Assembly: GCA_034780895.1 (NCBI GenBank)
Contig: JAUZTB010000087.1
Span: 64,075,261-64,139,260, forward strand
Source of the DNA: Rhynchobatus australiae
Lineage: Eukaryota
Reading direction: 5' to 3'
Length of the DNA: 64,000 nucleotides
Below, piece after piece: positions 35,460 through 49,700 of the stretch. Made by a program: the position numbers and the translations under genes. Within the stretch, counting starts at the first letter, position 1; every line of letters begins with the position of its first letter. The notes under the pieces were generated by a model. The model was given only the letters and a program-made list of their open reading frames with translations, was not told the origin of the DNA and searched no databases.

Positions 35460-37560
35460 TTCTGATCATAGGCAAACTTTGTAAATACTGAAGGCGGGTA
35501 TTTTCAGGATAGTTATCCTGTTGACTGCCCGAGTGATAATTGGGTGACATTTACATAGGAGAAATGTTAACCATTTATCAATCCATCTCTGAATGTTGCT
35601 CAGTTCTTGCCTGTATACATAACCAACTGTTTCATTACTTGAGGAGTCACATGTGGAATCGAACACTGAATGCAGTCCTCAGCAGGCATTCTGGCCTCTG
35701 ACTTTGTCGTGCATTGACATCAGTGATGAAACAATTGAAGGTGATTGTACTTAAAACACTACCCAGATGAACTTCTGCAGTGGTAACCTGCTGCTGCAAC
35801 TTTGATTCTGAGAAAACTTGACAACAGATGCTGAAAGAAATTTCTGAGGAGAGGTTGGATCCAGGAACAGTTGCAGAATAGGGCTGTAGGGGTACTGGGA
35901 TGGTTCATTTGAAGAGGAACAACTACTCTTAGAAGGTTAAGAATCTTTGTAATTCTCTAACCCAGGCTGCTGTGAAGGTTGCAACTGAATGCATTTGAGG
36001 CTGATACAGACAGATTTTAAGGGAATTCAAGGGTTAGGGCAAACAAGGAGGAAAGTGGAGTTGATACTAAGACTGCGTAAGCGAATACAGCTTACTTCTG
36101 CTATTTCTACTGCTTTATTGACCTCAACCATCTTTTGTCTAAATATGGCTTCAGTTTGCAAAGAGTTTCCCCCGAATCCTCACCAACTACAATTTTACTA
36201 ACAAACCTTGATATCAAAGACAATCAAATGTGCTTGCGTTGAAGCTAGTCACTTGTCTCAATTCCAAATTTCAACCCTTTCAACCATGAACCAAGGCCTG
36301 GAATAGAACAGCTTCCATTACTTTGCAGTATTATTCAGAGTAATCTAGTAAGGGGGTAATTAAACAGACTGGGTTTATCCAAGTTTTTTTTTGTGCAGGG
36401 GACACTGAGATAATTTACCATGTTGATGCCAGTGTTGCATCAGTTGTAGTGGAACAGTTTGGATAGAGGAGTTTCTTTAATTGTATCAAGAGCTCTTGGC
36501 ATTTCTCTGTAATATGTGTTATGTCATCACATAATGAGAATCAAACTATATGAAGACTGGTTCTGTGACAGTCATCAGGGAGGTGGTAGAGGTAGATCAT
36601 CTCCTCTGCATTTCTAGCCGATAGATTGATAGGTACTTGATAGCTAACGTACATTTAGTGGGCCAAAGAACTTGCTTCTGTGCTGCAAAACTATCATTGC
36701 AAACTAGGCTCAAGCATTATTGCAGATGGAATGCTCATGGAGACTCATCTTCCCATTGTGTCATGACTGCACACATGAAAACATTGATCAGATTTGTTGG
36801 TTGTTAATCAGTTAGCTTTGTTAAAATCACCCTACTTCTACTGTTTGGCACAACAATGGGTCTATGTTGTACTTTCACCAAGTTGGCATCGCACTTTCAG
36901 ATACCCTTAATGCTGCTTCTGGCAAAGCTCTATCTTCTTCATTGAACCAGGGCTAAAACTCTAGTAGTGGCAGTGATGGATATGCCATGAGGTTATAAAT
37001 TGCAGGAAATACAGTTCTGCTCCTTATTGCCCACATTTCATGGGTGTCCAGTTTTTAGCTGCCAAATCTGTTCCAACTCTTCCATTTAGTACAACAACAG
37101 TGCCATACAACATGACAGAGTGCCTGGTTCTGTCTCTACAATGTCACTCCTCCCACTACTGTCAAGTGTCTACATCTACAACAGATGGATTGGCAAGAAC
37201 AAGATCTTGCAAATTTATCCTTCTGGTTTGTTCTCTTACCTTTTGTCTGAACACAATTTGACAGCCATGTTTCCCCAAGACTCAGTGGTGCTTTTAAGAG
37301 GGCCACTGTTGGTGGTGGGCATTGAAGTTCTCCTACCATTGTGTCTTTGCTAATCAGTGCCACTTTCAATTAGCATTCAATGCAGAAGTATATTGATTCA
37401 TCAGTTGAGTGAGAGTGATGTGACCTAAAGCCATAAGACCTCATGAAATCTGAAGTCCATATTGAGGACAGCACTACTCCCTCCTAATTATAAACCACAG
37501 AGTCACTCCCCCCAGCCCAAACCAACTGCCCACCCCACCACCTCCAGTGGGGCTGACCTG
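35460..37560 (-). mobile_element. Fragmented old LINE (RT and endonuclease remnants) interleaved with small CR1 pieces
   Basis: Minus strand 'RQELSNIQRWIDKWLTF' and further decayed RT segments similar to 1840-2400. Confidence 0.55.
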
Positions 37561-39019
37561 ACCCAGAAGATATACTATCGTCAAGAATCATGAAACAGAA
37601 ATAAAATGCCACTATTGCTGCAAAAAAAGTAGTTCATGCTAGTGTTGCCTCTCAACCTGACTGCTCAGCTGTCCATCCTCCAAAACAGTCTAAACTCTAT
37701 TACCTGTGACTTTAAATTTAAGTAGGAATGAGAGTCAGTGCAATCAGCAAGTGGGTGACTGGGATTTAAATTTCTCATAAATGAAGAGATTTAAGCACAT
37801 GTCCAGAAGAGATATGGTAATATCATCTGGTCCTACAAACTATTCCCTCAACTCATCCCATGTGAAGCAATCTACTTTCATCCCAATATTGAATGGTGGA
37901 GGCGAGGGAGGGAGAGATAGTTTCAAGCCTTCAGTCATTTAGGCCCAATGTTCTTAAAAATGCCCAGAATCTCCTCTTCCCACCCCCCTCATGACCATTT
38001 ATATACTGTAACTCAACATCAAGCCTTTGTCAAACTCCTAACATTTCCCTGCGCAAAATATTTTGGGATGATTTTCAATACTTCATACTACATTATGGCC
38101 TGGCTTCAGCCTTGTGAAAATAGTGCTACTGTAGGTTGTCAACTTTTTGTAAACTGTTGCTATGTCCATTATTGGTCCTTTCACCATGGAGAATTTTTAA
38201 ATGAGTTATATCTGTGTTTCACAACAAAGCATCAACTGTTGGGTATTGAAGGCATGCATTAAAGCTTAAAAAGCCAGTTGATGGAATGTCACAAATCAGT
38301 TAATAGATTAAAGTTAGTTAAGATGCTATGGCTTCATTTTTCTATGCATAGTTCAGTGTGGTCTCCTACAAAATTAATACATCATGGCAATTTTGAGCAA
38401 AACAGGCCAATATACCCTTAAATAACTGAGCTAAAAGAATTTCATGCTTGGCTGTGATGACAATAAAGTCAATAGCCTGCCAGCACTCACTGTCAAGATC
38501 CACATGGAGTGAAGCCAGTTCATGTGAAACTATACCCAAACACGAAGCAGAACATTTAGGAAAGGAGTGGTATAAAACAGTTACATCAATGATATGGGCT
38601 TCGTGTATTCTTATTTGGATTCACTGCTGTAACCAGGTAACTAAACGTTCTGAAAATTCCCTTGTACCTACATGATGTGTGACATATCAAGAGCTTAATT
38701 GCATCGATTTGAGAATGTGCAAAGTTTAAAACCTAAATATTGACTGTCATCTACTTTTCTCATTTGCCACTGCAAAGTCACTGAGCATTTTTACAATTTG
38801 GTATTAATTAGCAGTCAGCTTCTATTGGCAGTTAAATCAGGACCAAATGTTCTCAGGCAGTTATGAAAGCGCAACACTGCATGGGCATGCTATTTTAAAC
38901 AAGATCGTTCAAATAATACTATAGTAATGTAACACATCCTAAGCATTTTAACTTGAATCCACAGAATTTTCCAGCTGTTGTTCACTCCAATTTAAACATG
39001 AATATTTAAATAAAATAAA

Positions 39020-39290
39020 TAAGACACTGCAGATGCTGGAATCTGGAGCAAAAGAAAAACTGCTCAAAAGAACTCAGTGGGTCCTGCAGCATCTGTTGAG
39101 GCAAAAAGATGGTCAACAGTTCAGGTTGAGACCCTGCATTAGGACATTACCATTGATATCTCCATTATAACCCAGTCTGCAGGACCAGGACCTGATGCAA
39201 GATTTCATCCTGAAACAGCGACCATCCCTTTGCCTCCACAGATGCTGCTTGACCCACTGAGTTCTTCTAGCAGTTTATCTTTTGCTATTA
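39020..39290. repeat. Inverted pair of Penelope-type terminal repeats
   Basis: 'aactgctcaaaagaactcagtgggtc..gcagcatctgttgaggcaaa' pairs with 'tttgcctccacagatgctgcttgacccactgagttcttctagcagtt'. Each arm carries a hammerhead-like remnant. Confidence 0.8.
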
Positions 39291-40633
39291 AATAATACCT
39301 TTACAACTGAAATGTTTGATAGCAAGATTTTATTTTAATGCCACAGCACTCTTGGTGACCATAGGTGTAGCTCATGGAGCCTAGTGAATTTGTTTGATGG
39401 GCACTTCCTGTTATGATTGTTTGGTCTGCACCATACCTGCAGACCGGCTTATTTTGGAGATATCAGTGGAGTTGGCAGACTATGCAGAAGCCCTACCCAA
39501 TCTTGAAACTGTGCAAAAAAAAAAAGGTCAAATAATAAAGTGGCAATGTCAAATCCAGATGGGCAAGCGTGAGGATCCATGACAATGAACAGGTTTATGG
39601 CTGATGGTAGACCCCAATTTTCCTGCCATGGCACGGCTGTCTCAATCACAGAGAAAAAAGTGAGAGAGATATGTAGCTGGTGAGCCGAAAAAGTTGTTAA
39701 ATGGAAGCAGGTGGGGTTGGGATAACAAGACCGATATTGCTTGTATCGTAGTACCAGAACTCAATTATTTCTACCAACACCAATTCCATCATCATCTTAA
39801 AGCGTTACCAAATTGCTGGGAAATACATACATAATACACTGGAAAACTGATTTTCATTTCTAACTGCAATTTATGTTCATGGAACATTGCTTTCTTGCTA
39901 CATCATCTATAATATTTCATGCCAATAATTACCCATACAGAAGAACCATCCACACACAAATATTTACCACAACTCACTACCATATCACCCTCCCAAGCCA
40001 ACTGGAAATTTTTTTGGTCAGATCTCCTTCCCCTTCTCTCCTGGCTCGTTCACCAGATGACATCTGGAAATTTTAAACTTGCATCCCTACTCCCATTCCC
40101 CACCTCCCAATAAAAATTTGATTTTACCCACCTGACTCAATAGTCTCCTTTCCCTCACAGATTAAACAGCCATTGCATATTGCTTACTTACCATCAGGGC
40201 CAATATTGTTATATTGGAATGAGCAATTTGATAAAATTGATGACCTTTTAAAAACTTAACCATATAGGTCACCATACAGCACAGTTTTAGGTAATCTAAG
40301 GACCACACACAGAACTAGGGAGGTGAGCAAGAAGTACTTTTGAATCGTCAAGCGTGGAGGCAACAAGGAAGTATTCACCAGTTAAGGCAGGGATGGAGTT
40401 AGCCGCAGACCAAGGTTGTGTGAAGTTTGGTTTAGTTATGGATAGATGCAGAGCAACAGATGGAGTCGATAGCTAGGGAGTACTGTGGACAATGGCTTTA
40501 GTATTGAAAATATCTAGTTGAAAGAAATTTGTCTTCATTAGCATTGGATCTCAGAAGCATCTGGCAATTTAGAGTTAGAAGAGTCAGTGGACATGGTGGA
40601 GGGGGAGAACTGGATGTAATCAGTACACAGAAA

Positions 40634-40815
40634 GGTGGCATGGTAGTGTAGCAGTTAGTGCTGCAGTCTTACAGCTCCAGAGACACTGGTTCAATCCTGA
40701 CTTCAGGTGTTGTGGAGTTTAGACTTTTTCCTCTGTGACTACATGGGTTTCCTCCCATAACACAAAGGTTTGTTGGTCGGTTAATTGGCTTGTGCATATT
40801 ACTCCTTGGTAGGTT
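40634..40815 (+). mobile_element. Degenerate tRNA-derived V-SINE
   Basis: 'ggtggcatggtagtgtagcagttag', 'ggttcaatcc' and 'tgggtttcctccca'. Confidence 0.75.
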
Positions 40816-43399
40816 AATGGCAAAACAAAAAAGGAAGTTTTCTTTTCAATGTCCTTCTGTGTCATTATAATTATATGGAAACAGACTTTTTGGATGATGT
40901 CTCTAAGGACAAAAGAGGAAATAAGGACAATCCTAGTGGGACAACAGCAGAATAGAAAAACTTACTTGCAATTTACTGCCAAAGAGGAGATTTAAAAAAA
41001 AGCAGATAAGTGCAATTCCACTCAACTAGGTGACAGAGGAGGTAGAGGTATCGGAGCAGGATGATGTGGTCAACTATGCAGAAGACTGCATAAAAGTTTG
41101 TGGTGGATAGATTAACTATGTCATAATCATATAGGACATGACTTGACTATAAAAGCATTCAGAAGTACTTTTATGATTACCCAAGGCCTTGAATGTCTTT
41201 CAAGGCTTGAGAACACCTTTTGTAATTCACAAGGAAAAGACTCAGGATTTGAAAAATCTGAAATTAAACAGTGAATACTCAGGTGCTGCTGGACCTACAA
41301 AGTCTTTCCAGATAATTTTTTTTGCACATTCTTGGTAATCCAAAAACCAAGAGATCTGATTTCACCGAGTAATATCAATTCTCCCTCTTGAAGTCACAAG
41401 ACTCCAGGATTAGACAAAGCAAGCCCTAAACGTCTTCACCACAATCTGCATCCTTTTCTAAGCCCTCCCTCCTCACCACTGTAATCAAATTAAAAGAATT
41501 GCTTATTTTGTCTCCAAAACTCTGCCACATTGGCATGGTCACACTAACTCCCTTCCAACTTACAAAAGCTTCTTTCCATCTTGGTCCCAATTCTATTATC
41601 CTCATCTTGACTTTGCTTTTCTCAAAGCCATTATAATCATTCATTTTCTAATTGATTCTTGAAGTCATGCAATTCCTATTAGCTTACACATCATTTGAGC
41701 TTTCATCCCATTTTACTAGAAAGCTATCAAAGTGCACAAGGCAAAACAATTTTCTTCAAATTCTCTGCAATTGCACTTGAAGTTCATACCTTATTGGTGG
41801 TCCACTTTGTCGATCCACAGGTGGTTCATCCATCCCTTCTTTGTCTCAATACAGCAAATTCTGCTAAATGTGGCACCAATTTGTAGATAATATGTTGACA
41901 TCACCCAGCCTGTCAGCATTTTCCAATTCCACAACTATTATACTGGTGACATTTTTAACTACGCCTTTTCCTGAAGGCATGATATGCCCTCCCTCCCCAA
42001 TAACCTGGTAGATTTAATGCAATATATGATATTACATTAGCTGCCTTTAACTCTCCAACTGTGTAGGATTAATTGGTATGTCAATTACAATCATATTACC
42101 CATTGCATCTGTGTTGATGCACTAAGACACTTTTACCATATTAGTTCCACCCATTGCTCCTTCCTCACAACCGCAGATTTCTTAATTTACATCTAATGTC
42201 CTCAGAAAGTTATTATTGCTTCCACCACACTTGCAGTATATTCTGATAATTTGTTGCATAAACAGGATTTTGCAGTTGTAAAACTGTCACCGTTCACCAG
42301 TGATACACCATAAAACTGATAACAAACATCCTTAAAAGGAAGAAAATCTAATACCCTTACTAACCTGACCTGAAAGCAGCAACTCAATACCCATGATAAA
42401 GTACCTGAATTTTAACTAGCTTCTGAAATAGCCAGGTAAGCCATGCAGTTGGAAGTTCAATAGGAATAGACAATAAATGCAAGCCTCATCAGTTATGCCA
42501 ACATCCTTCACATGATGAACAGTGATTTCTGTGCATGCATAGTTTAACCCTAAAATTCTGAAGTTGGTATCAGTGATTCAGGCCTCATCCACAGACCTTT
42601 GCAAGCTTNNNCCTGGAATATAGGGAAGATTCACTTCAATTTGAGTTACTTACAAGCACATTTTTCAATTAATTACCTTGATAATGTTAAACTATACTGC
42701 ATAACAATAGAGTTATTAATTGTTTACCAAATTCTCTGATCCTTAAACTGGTTTACAATTCAAACCCCATTTAAAAATAGCATTAAACTTTATAAATGAT
42801 TTTAGTTATTTCATTAAACATAAGGTAGCTTAGAATACAAATGTATGTTCTAATTTTGAAGTGTTTAACACTAATTAAAAGTTGTACTTTTTACTTCCTT
42901 GTATGCTACTCAAGACTTTTTTAAAAATACAATTGATTTTAATGAGATTGATCAGCTTGACAGCAGAGTTGCAGGACTGGCAATCCCTTTGAACTGAAGC
43001 TTAATAGCAATCTACAATAGAGAAGTCCAGGTTACAGAGATCAACACATTTTTTTTTAGAGACATCAAACGTTGTCAGCAGCAAGTAATACTGCTTCACC
43101 ACCAATCTTAAATTCTTATCACTCTTCTGCTTCATTTGCTGATTTTAAATTTGAGTCCTGCGTGTACTGATCTTCACTCCAATAGAAAGTTTCAAAAGAA
43201 TACACTTTCTAAAGTTTTAATTTTGAATGGCTTATTTAGTTTCACCTGAATTATCTGCAAACTACATCTTTTCCAGCCTAACCATTCACAAAAATCTCCT
43301 CTACACCCTCACCCAAAGCCTTGACATTTCTTTCAAGTGTGTTGTGCGCAACTGACCTAACCAATGATTTATAAAGTTCAGCACAACTACAGTATATTC

Positions 43400-43600
43400 A
43401 TTTTTGTACTGACGAAATTGGAGGGGAGATCTTCTGATATGATGAGATCTGTGACATTGTGGGAGATGATGGCCTGGTGTTTGTCTGGAGGGGAGGCCTG
43501 ATGCAGGGTTTCGACTCGAAATGTTAACAATTTCTTTCCTCCCACAGATGCTGCATGACCTGCTGAGTTCCTCCAGCATGTTGTTTGTTGCTTCATTTTT
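43400..43600. mobile_element. Penelope fragment: minus-strand coding remnant fused to a + oriented terminal repeat
   Basis: 'KHQAIISHNVTDLIISEDLPS' (minus) is joined to 'ctgatgcagggtttcgactcgaaatgttaac..cacagatgctgcatgacctgctgagttcctccagca' (+). Confidence 0.65.
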
Positions 43601-44622
43601 GTACTCTGGTTCTGATCATAAGGCACAGGAGCATCAAGGTTTGAAAGGCCTAATTAAGTTTCTGCCTGCTTTAAGGATTTGTGAATATGAACGCCCAGAC
43701 TAAATTTTTCTTGTTCTACATTCTAAAATGAATTCTTTCACATTCACTATTAAAATTTAATCTGCATGCAGTTGGCCATTTTACTGGACTACATCTTCCT
43801 GAAGTTTGCTGCTGTCTACATAATTGTAAACTATGTTTCCAAGGTTTGCACATTTAATTTAATTGATGTGAGCATTGCTGGCAAAGTCAGCATTTACTGC
43901 CCACCAGTAAATACCCTCAAGTGGAGATGGCCATTGCCTTGAACTGGTACATTCCTGATGATATATTTCGTGTTTATGGAAAGGAAGTTCATGAATTTAG
44001 ACCTAGCATTATATTTGCAAATTAGGATAATATCCCACTTGAAGGCAAATATGCAGGTGGTGATATTCCCATAGAAAAGCTGCAGTACATTTTGTAAAAA
44101 GTATACACTCCAGCCACAGTATTCTAGTAGTGGAGGAAGCAAGTAGGTTGCATTGTTCTGGATAGGGTCAAAGTTAGTGTGTTGTTGGAGCAACCCTTCA
44201 TTTCAGCAAGTGGAATGTATTTTATTACACTTCCAACTAAGGTCTTGCAGCCAGTGAAAAGGATCTGGAATGTCAGAAGATGAATCCATGGTTATGGGTA
44301 TTTATGTGGCTTGCCCAGTTTAGTTTCTGGTCAATGAGGAGCTCAGCAATTGGTAATGTGGTTGAAAATAAAAGTAATTAGACTGTTTTTTTGTTGGAGA
44401 CAGTCATTACTTGGTTCTTAAAATGATACTTCTATCCTCTGCAAACCTTAAAATAGATGGTATTAATTACGTAGGCCTGAGAGGTGTGTTGCACAGGTAA
44501 AGGGGATGCAGAGAAACATGCAACTTAAAATAACTGCCCACTAATAAATCTGCAGAAAATATATATCAGGAGAGAGTAATGACACAAGGACATGCACTGC
44601 TTTCAAGCTCACAGAACAAGTG

Positions 44623-44741
44623 GCATTTCCATGAGATATCATTATGCTAGTTTTATCTCATGGAGATGCTGATCAGTGTTGCAACTAAAAATCTTTTAAA
44701 AAATTGCACCAGTGATCAGCATCTTCGAGATAAGACTAGCA
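44623..44741. repeat. Compound inverted repeat / hairpin
   Basis: 44645-44684 pairs with 44704-44741 (about 38-bp arms). 44623-44638 pairs with 44654-44669 (15/16). Confidence 0.85.
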
Positions 44742-46367
44742 AAAGAAAATTAATAATACACAACAGAATTCATGGAATTAAAAATCATTCAGCTTCTCAG
44801 GCTTAGAGAGTGTTGCAGCATCTTATAAAAGAACAGGCTTTCAACTCTACAGCAAAGTCAAATGACTACAAGTTTCATGAATCTCAAGTTCTACACTTTC
44901 AAGATAATCAAGTGTAAAAGGCTATCACAAGCCACACACAAAAAGTTTTAAATCAGCACTCTAAGTACAAATCCTTCTTTCAGATTCTGCAAGTTTCTTT
45001 ATTCAGGAAAAATACAGACACTATTTTACGTTAAAGCTTGCTTTCATTTACCAGACATCAGGAATTAAGGAAAGCTTTACCAAGGTGTTAACCATTTCCA
45101 ACAGAGAAACAAAGTGCAATATTATATGTTCAGTCAGCGATCCCATTTAAAGATTGACTGCAAGTTCCTCAACATTTAAATTAAGTTGGAATGCTCCGCT
45201 TCAGTTCAGTGAATTCCACTCAACCATTCTTTGCATTCCATTTTCATTTCTACCACGTTTTCTGGAGATTTTTTAAAACTAGAGGGGAGGGGGAAAGAAT
45301 TAGAAAGCAGCAGCACAAGATGGTGTGTGTGTGAGAAAATGCAACAATGGTAGGTGGGATCCGATGAAACTACATGGAATACCAAAAGCAACTTTACAAG
45401 GTAACAATTTTTGAAAGGAACAAAGATTTAACATAGTCGAATGGTCTAGCACATGTACAATTGTTTCATTAATCCAATTTAGGGATGATATAAAGAGTTA
45501 AGCAAAGTTACAACATACCAATATTTTGCACAGAAAACATTCAAGCCACTGCAGCAGAGATACGACCCAAGTTTATAATTAAACATTTTAACACTACAAT
45601 ACATTACATAACCACCAGTCTTCAGATTTACCAAGTAAATCTGCAACCTTGCACCTACTTCATATATTTTCCACCAGGATACCAAATCATGTTCCATCAT
45701 TGATTTAACACACTAGTTTCTTCTTAATTTAGAACACATCTGGAACCAAATGCTTGTGATTACATAAAGTTTTCCAAAAATACCTACAGATTATAGAGTT
45801 AATTGAAGCAGATTTTGCCCAAAATTTGTGTTGAATCTTTAAATTACAAGATGCGATTACATCCCAAACTTAATTTACTGGGATTACAGCAAACATTTTC
45901 TTTCACTTTGATATTGTAAGTTTCCAGTTTTGATCATGTAGACCAATTTTTATTTCTACTTATAAAATCAATGTGATACCTTTTCTTCCTCCACTTGCAC
46001 TACAGAAGTAGATGTGCATTGTTTTAACAATGTACAATTATTCAGACCATAGTAAATGCCCAGACAAAAACATTACTCACACACTAAAACCCAAAATCCT
46101 TTCACGCAAAGGAAATGCAGTTGACTTAGGAATGGTTATAAAAGAAGAGCATTTAAAATTTCATCAAAACCTGATTTATTCAATTTCTGGTCCAGGGGAA
46201 CAGATGATTGATGAAAAGCTAACCACTGGTCATTTGATTTTTGATTCAAAGTAGTAGGAGTACTCCAGTTCCAGAAACAATGGAAGTTAAATGAGATTCC
46301 TCTTTGCCTCAAAAACCAGATGAGTCTTTCTGCCAGTGTTTTACCCAGAAAACTTCTAATACTCCCT

Positions 46368-46728
46368 CTTTGGATTCGACTGCTTTTAAATAGTTATTAA
46401 AAATATACAGTGTTTTATACACCTGAAGTGGCTGTAGAACATATAACCTCTTTTTAGCTTATTGGTTTGTCTATCAGGTGAATATGTGTTTTCTCATTGG
46501 TTGGTTTTGCCACAGGTACCTTAATCAGTCTCTTGCTCTCTTCCCCCAGCTCATTTTAAAACCTTTGTCTTGGCTCATCTCCAAGTAGTAAAGCTAGTGC
46601 CATGTGCTCTGTTACTGTTTCTTTGTTTTAAACTTTTCCAATAAAACGTTAAGAAGCACCAGGGTGTTTTCAACCCATTCTTGGGCTCCTGAAAGAACCT
46701 GCAGATTCAAAAATAACCAGATCCAACA
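46368..46728 (+). mobile_element. Probable solo LTR (Gypsy-like)
   Basis: Ends ...gatccaaCA, left end ctttggat (decayed TGTTGGAT), flanked by a CCCT direct repeat. Internal ATTGG boxes and AATAAA near 46640. Confidence 0.5.
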
Positions 46729-49700
46729 CCCTATCCATCATCCCCTGACATTTTGAAATAAATTTTTTAACTTTAAGATTCTCTAATACCATCCTCAATC
46801 TCCCAAGTAGTAGATTCAGAAGTCTACTCCATGTTCCATTTTAAATGATATTCCTGAACCAAATGTCATAAGGTGTAGAAGTTTAGTCAAATTTTCCTTC
46901 ATCAGTTCGTCCTATTGAGATTAGGAATCCAATGAGCAACAGGCTAATGAAATGAATTGACATCATCCCACTCTTAATATACCCTTTTCCAAGTGTCTAT
47001 ATGCCTATCACAGCTGGTGAATCTCTGAATTCCTGAAGATCAGAGATCAATAAAGTTTAACAAGTTACATGTAATGGAACAAGATTTTGATTGGCAGGGC
47101 TTAGAACATCCAAACACAGCATCAGATTTCTGAGCAAGAGTGGAATTGTTTCTGTTCCTAAATGACAAATTTTTGGTTCTCAGCATCAACTCCATTCTAA
47201 TATGAAAGCTTTATTCCAATCTACAAATTGCACCACCTTTAGATATTCTGTCCCCCCCCAAAAAAAAAACCAATGACCTTCATGAAGAATTTCTCCAAAC
47301 ATCATATACAATGGATTATATTTGTAGTGTATGCGCAAACACACACAAATGGAGGAGTGTGTGGTGGGGGGAAGAATGTAGTGTAAAAAAAGGTGGATGG
47401 AAAAAAAAAATCAGGTGGTAGAAATCTCCTGATTGGGCTGCATCCTGGACATGGTCAAGGTGGCCATTCTGTCCCTTACCAAAGGCTTTGTCTATGCTCA
47501 ATGACATTGGAGAGAAGCACATGGTATCCATTAGTATGCCAAGACCTTTTGCAATCAGTGGGTGCGGGAGGTAAAGTGCAGGCTGAGAGCCAAAAGCAAC
47601 ATCTTAAAATTATTTTGAAATTACATTTTCACAACTGGAAAATTACATTTATGAAGAAAGATTAGGTAAATTGCTGTGTTTTGGAAAATAGATTGAAAGT
47701 AAAATTATGAGGGGCCCCAAGATAAGTAAGAACTTATTTCCCCTACCAGCAAGGTCAAAAAATGGGACCACAGATTTAAAGTGACTGGTAGAAGGATTAG
47801 AGGGATGAGATTGTTTTCCCCCACCGAGGGCAGTGGGGATCTGTAACTTGCTGCCTGTGAGGGTGATGGAGGCAGAAAACTGTAATCCATTTAATTGGTG
47901 CTCAGTTGTGTACTTGAAGAGCTATGATTAGGTTGGGGAGCTCTTTTACAACTGGCACAGACAATGGGCCAAAATACCAACTCGTGACAAATTTTCTGAT
48001 TTTTGAAACCCTAAAAGAAAGTCAGCCACTTTGTGCATAACAAGATCCCACAACCAGTAACAAGATGAATGACATTTATTCTGATATTTCTGGTTAAGAA
48101 GGTTGATTATTGATCAGGATATAAGGACATCTGCCACTCTAAGTTAGTCCTTTAGCAAATTTAAGTCAGGAATGAGGAAGAACTAAATTTAACCCACAAA
48201 GGAAAGACAACATCTGGCATTGTAGAACTTCTTGTCAGTATCTATTGAGAAAATATTGGCAAAGGACATACCTGCCCACTTATACCAAGAAAAGCAACGT
48301 CTACTGAGCCAAGCTGATAGATAAAACAGTAATGAACTAAAGATGCAATGTAAAGTGCTTACAAGTGGTTTTATTTACTTATCTGATAATTTTAGTTCAG
48401 CTACTGGTTAAAAAGTTTGTAAAAAGCACCCTTTAAACCACAAAATGTGCACAAAACCACACTGAGTATCAAAATAAGTGTGCATGTCCTGACCTGCAAC
48501 AATGATTGATACCAAATATGCTCACGCATGCAAAAGACTGCAGAATTTAATTTAAATTCTGCAAAGATTTCAAACCAACTTGTATTGGTAAAAACAGTGG
48601 ACACAATTGACTGCCTGTGCCATAAATGAAATTCTATGAATAATAACTAGGTACATATGCTTCACCCTGAACTCACACTTTGTGTAGAATATATTTCAAA
48701 AGTCTGATCATCTTTCTTCTGAAACAAACAGCAATATTACTAAACAGGCTGTAACTTACTATTATATTTAATAATATGTTCCACTCTATGACACTTCATT
48801 TAGAAATCAATTTTAAACAGGCATATTGTGGAAACATTGTACAAATAGGCCATGCCCCAACATATTATGCCTTATGAAGACAAAATTATTACTGACTTTT
48901 GGATGTATTGGGCACAAACCATTGTTGCCAGCTGTAATGCACAGGAGGCACCAAATTAACAACCATGGTAAAGCACTCCCAGTCCTTCTGTCACATATTA
49001 ATATTTTAAAGACCAAGTTAAAGCCAAGAACTTAAATCTTACAGTGCATGTATCAGCATATAGATACTAAGCATATGTACATCCAATTTGTTAACTATCT
49101 TTAAACTGAAGATGTTAATCCATTCAGATTAATGATTTAGTGCCATCTTCAAAATGTTTGACAACAACTGAAATTCAAATATTTGGCAGTACTTTAGCTT
49201 TTAAGAATATCTAAGCATTTGTATTTCCAATAACCTTGCATTTGGTTTCTATGGTGGTCAGAAGGTAGCAATTTCAAGCTCTACACCAAGAGTTTAGCAC
49301 AAATCTGCAAAGCACTGTGGGTCAAGAGGTATAATTTTTGAGAGAAAAAAAATTCTTAAACCAAAGTTCTGTTCATTCAACTGAAGATAAAGATTCTGCA
49401 GTACTGCTCCCAAGAAGGGAATTCATTAGGTGTTCTTGTCACCATCTAAATGACCAATACGAAGTAAAAAAAGTTATTTATATCATTCCTGCAAAAAGAC
49501 TGGCTGCTTCATTTGCTTCTATTTATGAAGCAAATCATTAGTTGAAAAGGAGTACAGCAATGCAAGTTCCTTCATGCCAAGAAAGCCACACAAAATGTTT
49601 TAAAAGCTAACAAAATACCATAATAACAAATTAAATTGTAGAACTAGCATTTAACAAGAAAAATTACTAGAGAATTTCTTTTGTCAGCTTTTGACTACAC

